Below, one piece after another: positions 63,215-64,000 of a stretch of DNA of 64,000 nt. Position 1 is the first letter of the stretch. Each line of letters starts with the position of its first letter. A model generated the notes under the pieces. That model was not told where the DNA came from. It saw only the letters and a list, made by a program, of their open reading frames with translations, and searched no databases. The DNA is from Nitrospirota bacterium. GTDB taxonomy: Bacteria > Nitrospirota > Nitrospiria > Nitrospirales > Nitrospiraceae. Where the stretch lies: the NCBI GenBank assembly GCA_963701855.1, contig CAVPBK010000003.1:1-64000 (forward strand), read 5' to 3'. Made by a program: the position numbers and the translations under genes.

Positions 63215-63910
63215 ATGAGTGACGCGACTCCAGAACAGATTGCCGGCGAGGAGCCTGACGACAAGGTCATCGTCTATTGGGAACGGGAGTATTCGACGGC
63301 CATTGCGCCGGAGCGGTTGAAGCTCGACTTCACACCGCATCGGCCGTTATTGTCCGGGATGTCGCTGGATGAGCAACGGACGGTGGCGGTCGAGGGCTAC
63401 AAAGTGATCCCCGACGACTGTGGACCGGTGCGAACAGTGGGCCAGTACGGCTGGCTCATTCGGTCTCCGGCGGACTGCAAAATTCGACGAACGGCCGATG
63501 GGATCAAATGGCAAGCCCCGCCGATCCTGCCGGAAGAGCGGATTCTTGGCTACAAGTCGTTTTCAGGGACCTATGTCGATTTGATCTTAAACAGCGGGTA
63601 CCCCAAGCTCTGCTGTGGTATTCGCTTCTACTATCCCAAGCAGGTGGGGTTGATAATGAAGGACGTGCCGAACCACTTTTACCATTACCCCGATCGGACT
63701 TTTTTTGTGTGGGAGGGGATGAAGACCCAAGAGTATAAACGCACGCCAAATATGTACGACTGGCTTCCGGACTACGACGCGTTCACCGCCAACTTTCTAT
63801 TGCACCTTACCAAGCCGACGACGATCAAACGTGGTGATCCCATCGGCATTGTGGTGCCGGTGATGCTGCCCAAGCAGTTCACATTAGAAGAACTCACACC
63901 GCGCGGGTGA
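63215..63910 (+). CDS. Hypothetical protein, possibly DUF6065/dUTPase-like
   Basis: 231-aa ORF, open in both arms. Confidence 0.6.
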   Translation: MSDATPEQIAGEEPDDKVIVYWEREYSTAIAPERLKLDFTPHRPLLSGMSLDEQRTVAVEGYKVIPDDCGPVRTVGQYGWLIRSPADCKIRRTADGIKWQAPPILPEERILGYKSFSGTYVDLILNSGYPKLCCGIRFYYPKQVGLIMKDVPNHFYHYPDRTFFVWEGMKTQEYKRTPNMYDWLPDYDAFTANFLLHLTKPTTIKRGDPIGIVVPVMLPKQFTLEELTPRG

Positions 63911-64000
63911 GTCCTTCGCAGGGGATGGCGTCACTCCGATCGTCCACACTCAAGCGAAACGGGCAGGGAAGTTATAGGTTCGAAGTTCCGAACACTTCAG

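Larger units (their letters stand above)
34328..64000. repeat. Right arm of the giant inverted repeat (intact genes; probably continues beyond the window)
   Basis: Mirror image of 4394-34327. Confidence 0.98.

Overview
GC-rich bacterial chromosomal DNA. The gene order and intergenic repeat style resemble Nitrospira, but that is inference only. Bases 1-4330 carry the pyrR-pyrB-pyrC-(DUF4149-like)-carA operon with a PyrR attenuator. The rest (4394-64000) is one ~60 kb palindrome with no spacer, centred at 34327/34328, so every gene occurs twice in mirror image. The right arm is intact. The left arm has about ten broken genes. The arms also differ by many synonymous or conservative substitutions and by intergenic repeat content, so they look like two alleles or strains joined head-to-head; an assembly or fold-back artefact is the most likely cause. 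The duplicated unit contains, from the centre outwards: an AT-rich deacetylase-like gene bracketed by IS-end-like repeats, a 910-aa lipoprotein with a PQQ-type sugar-dehydrogenase propeller, a RiPP cluster, a UDP-HexNAc dehydrogenase, a T2SS/type IV pilus-like operon, a UDP-glucuronate decarboxylase, proA and two hypothetical genes. The best candidate for a new system is the RiPP cluster (40231-45666). It encodes an RRE/PqqD protein, an unannotated 47-aa precursor with a lasso-type leader, an HprK-like kinase, a nucleotidyltransferase, a lasso B2-type leader peptidase and an ABC exporter. It has no lasso cyclase, and the predicted His/Phe/Gly-rich core has no Asp or Glu, so the product cannot be a canonical lasso peptide.
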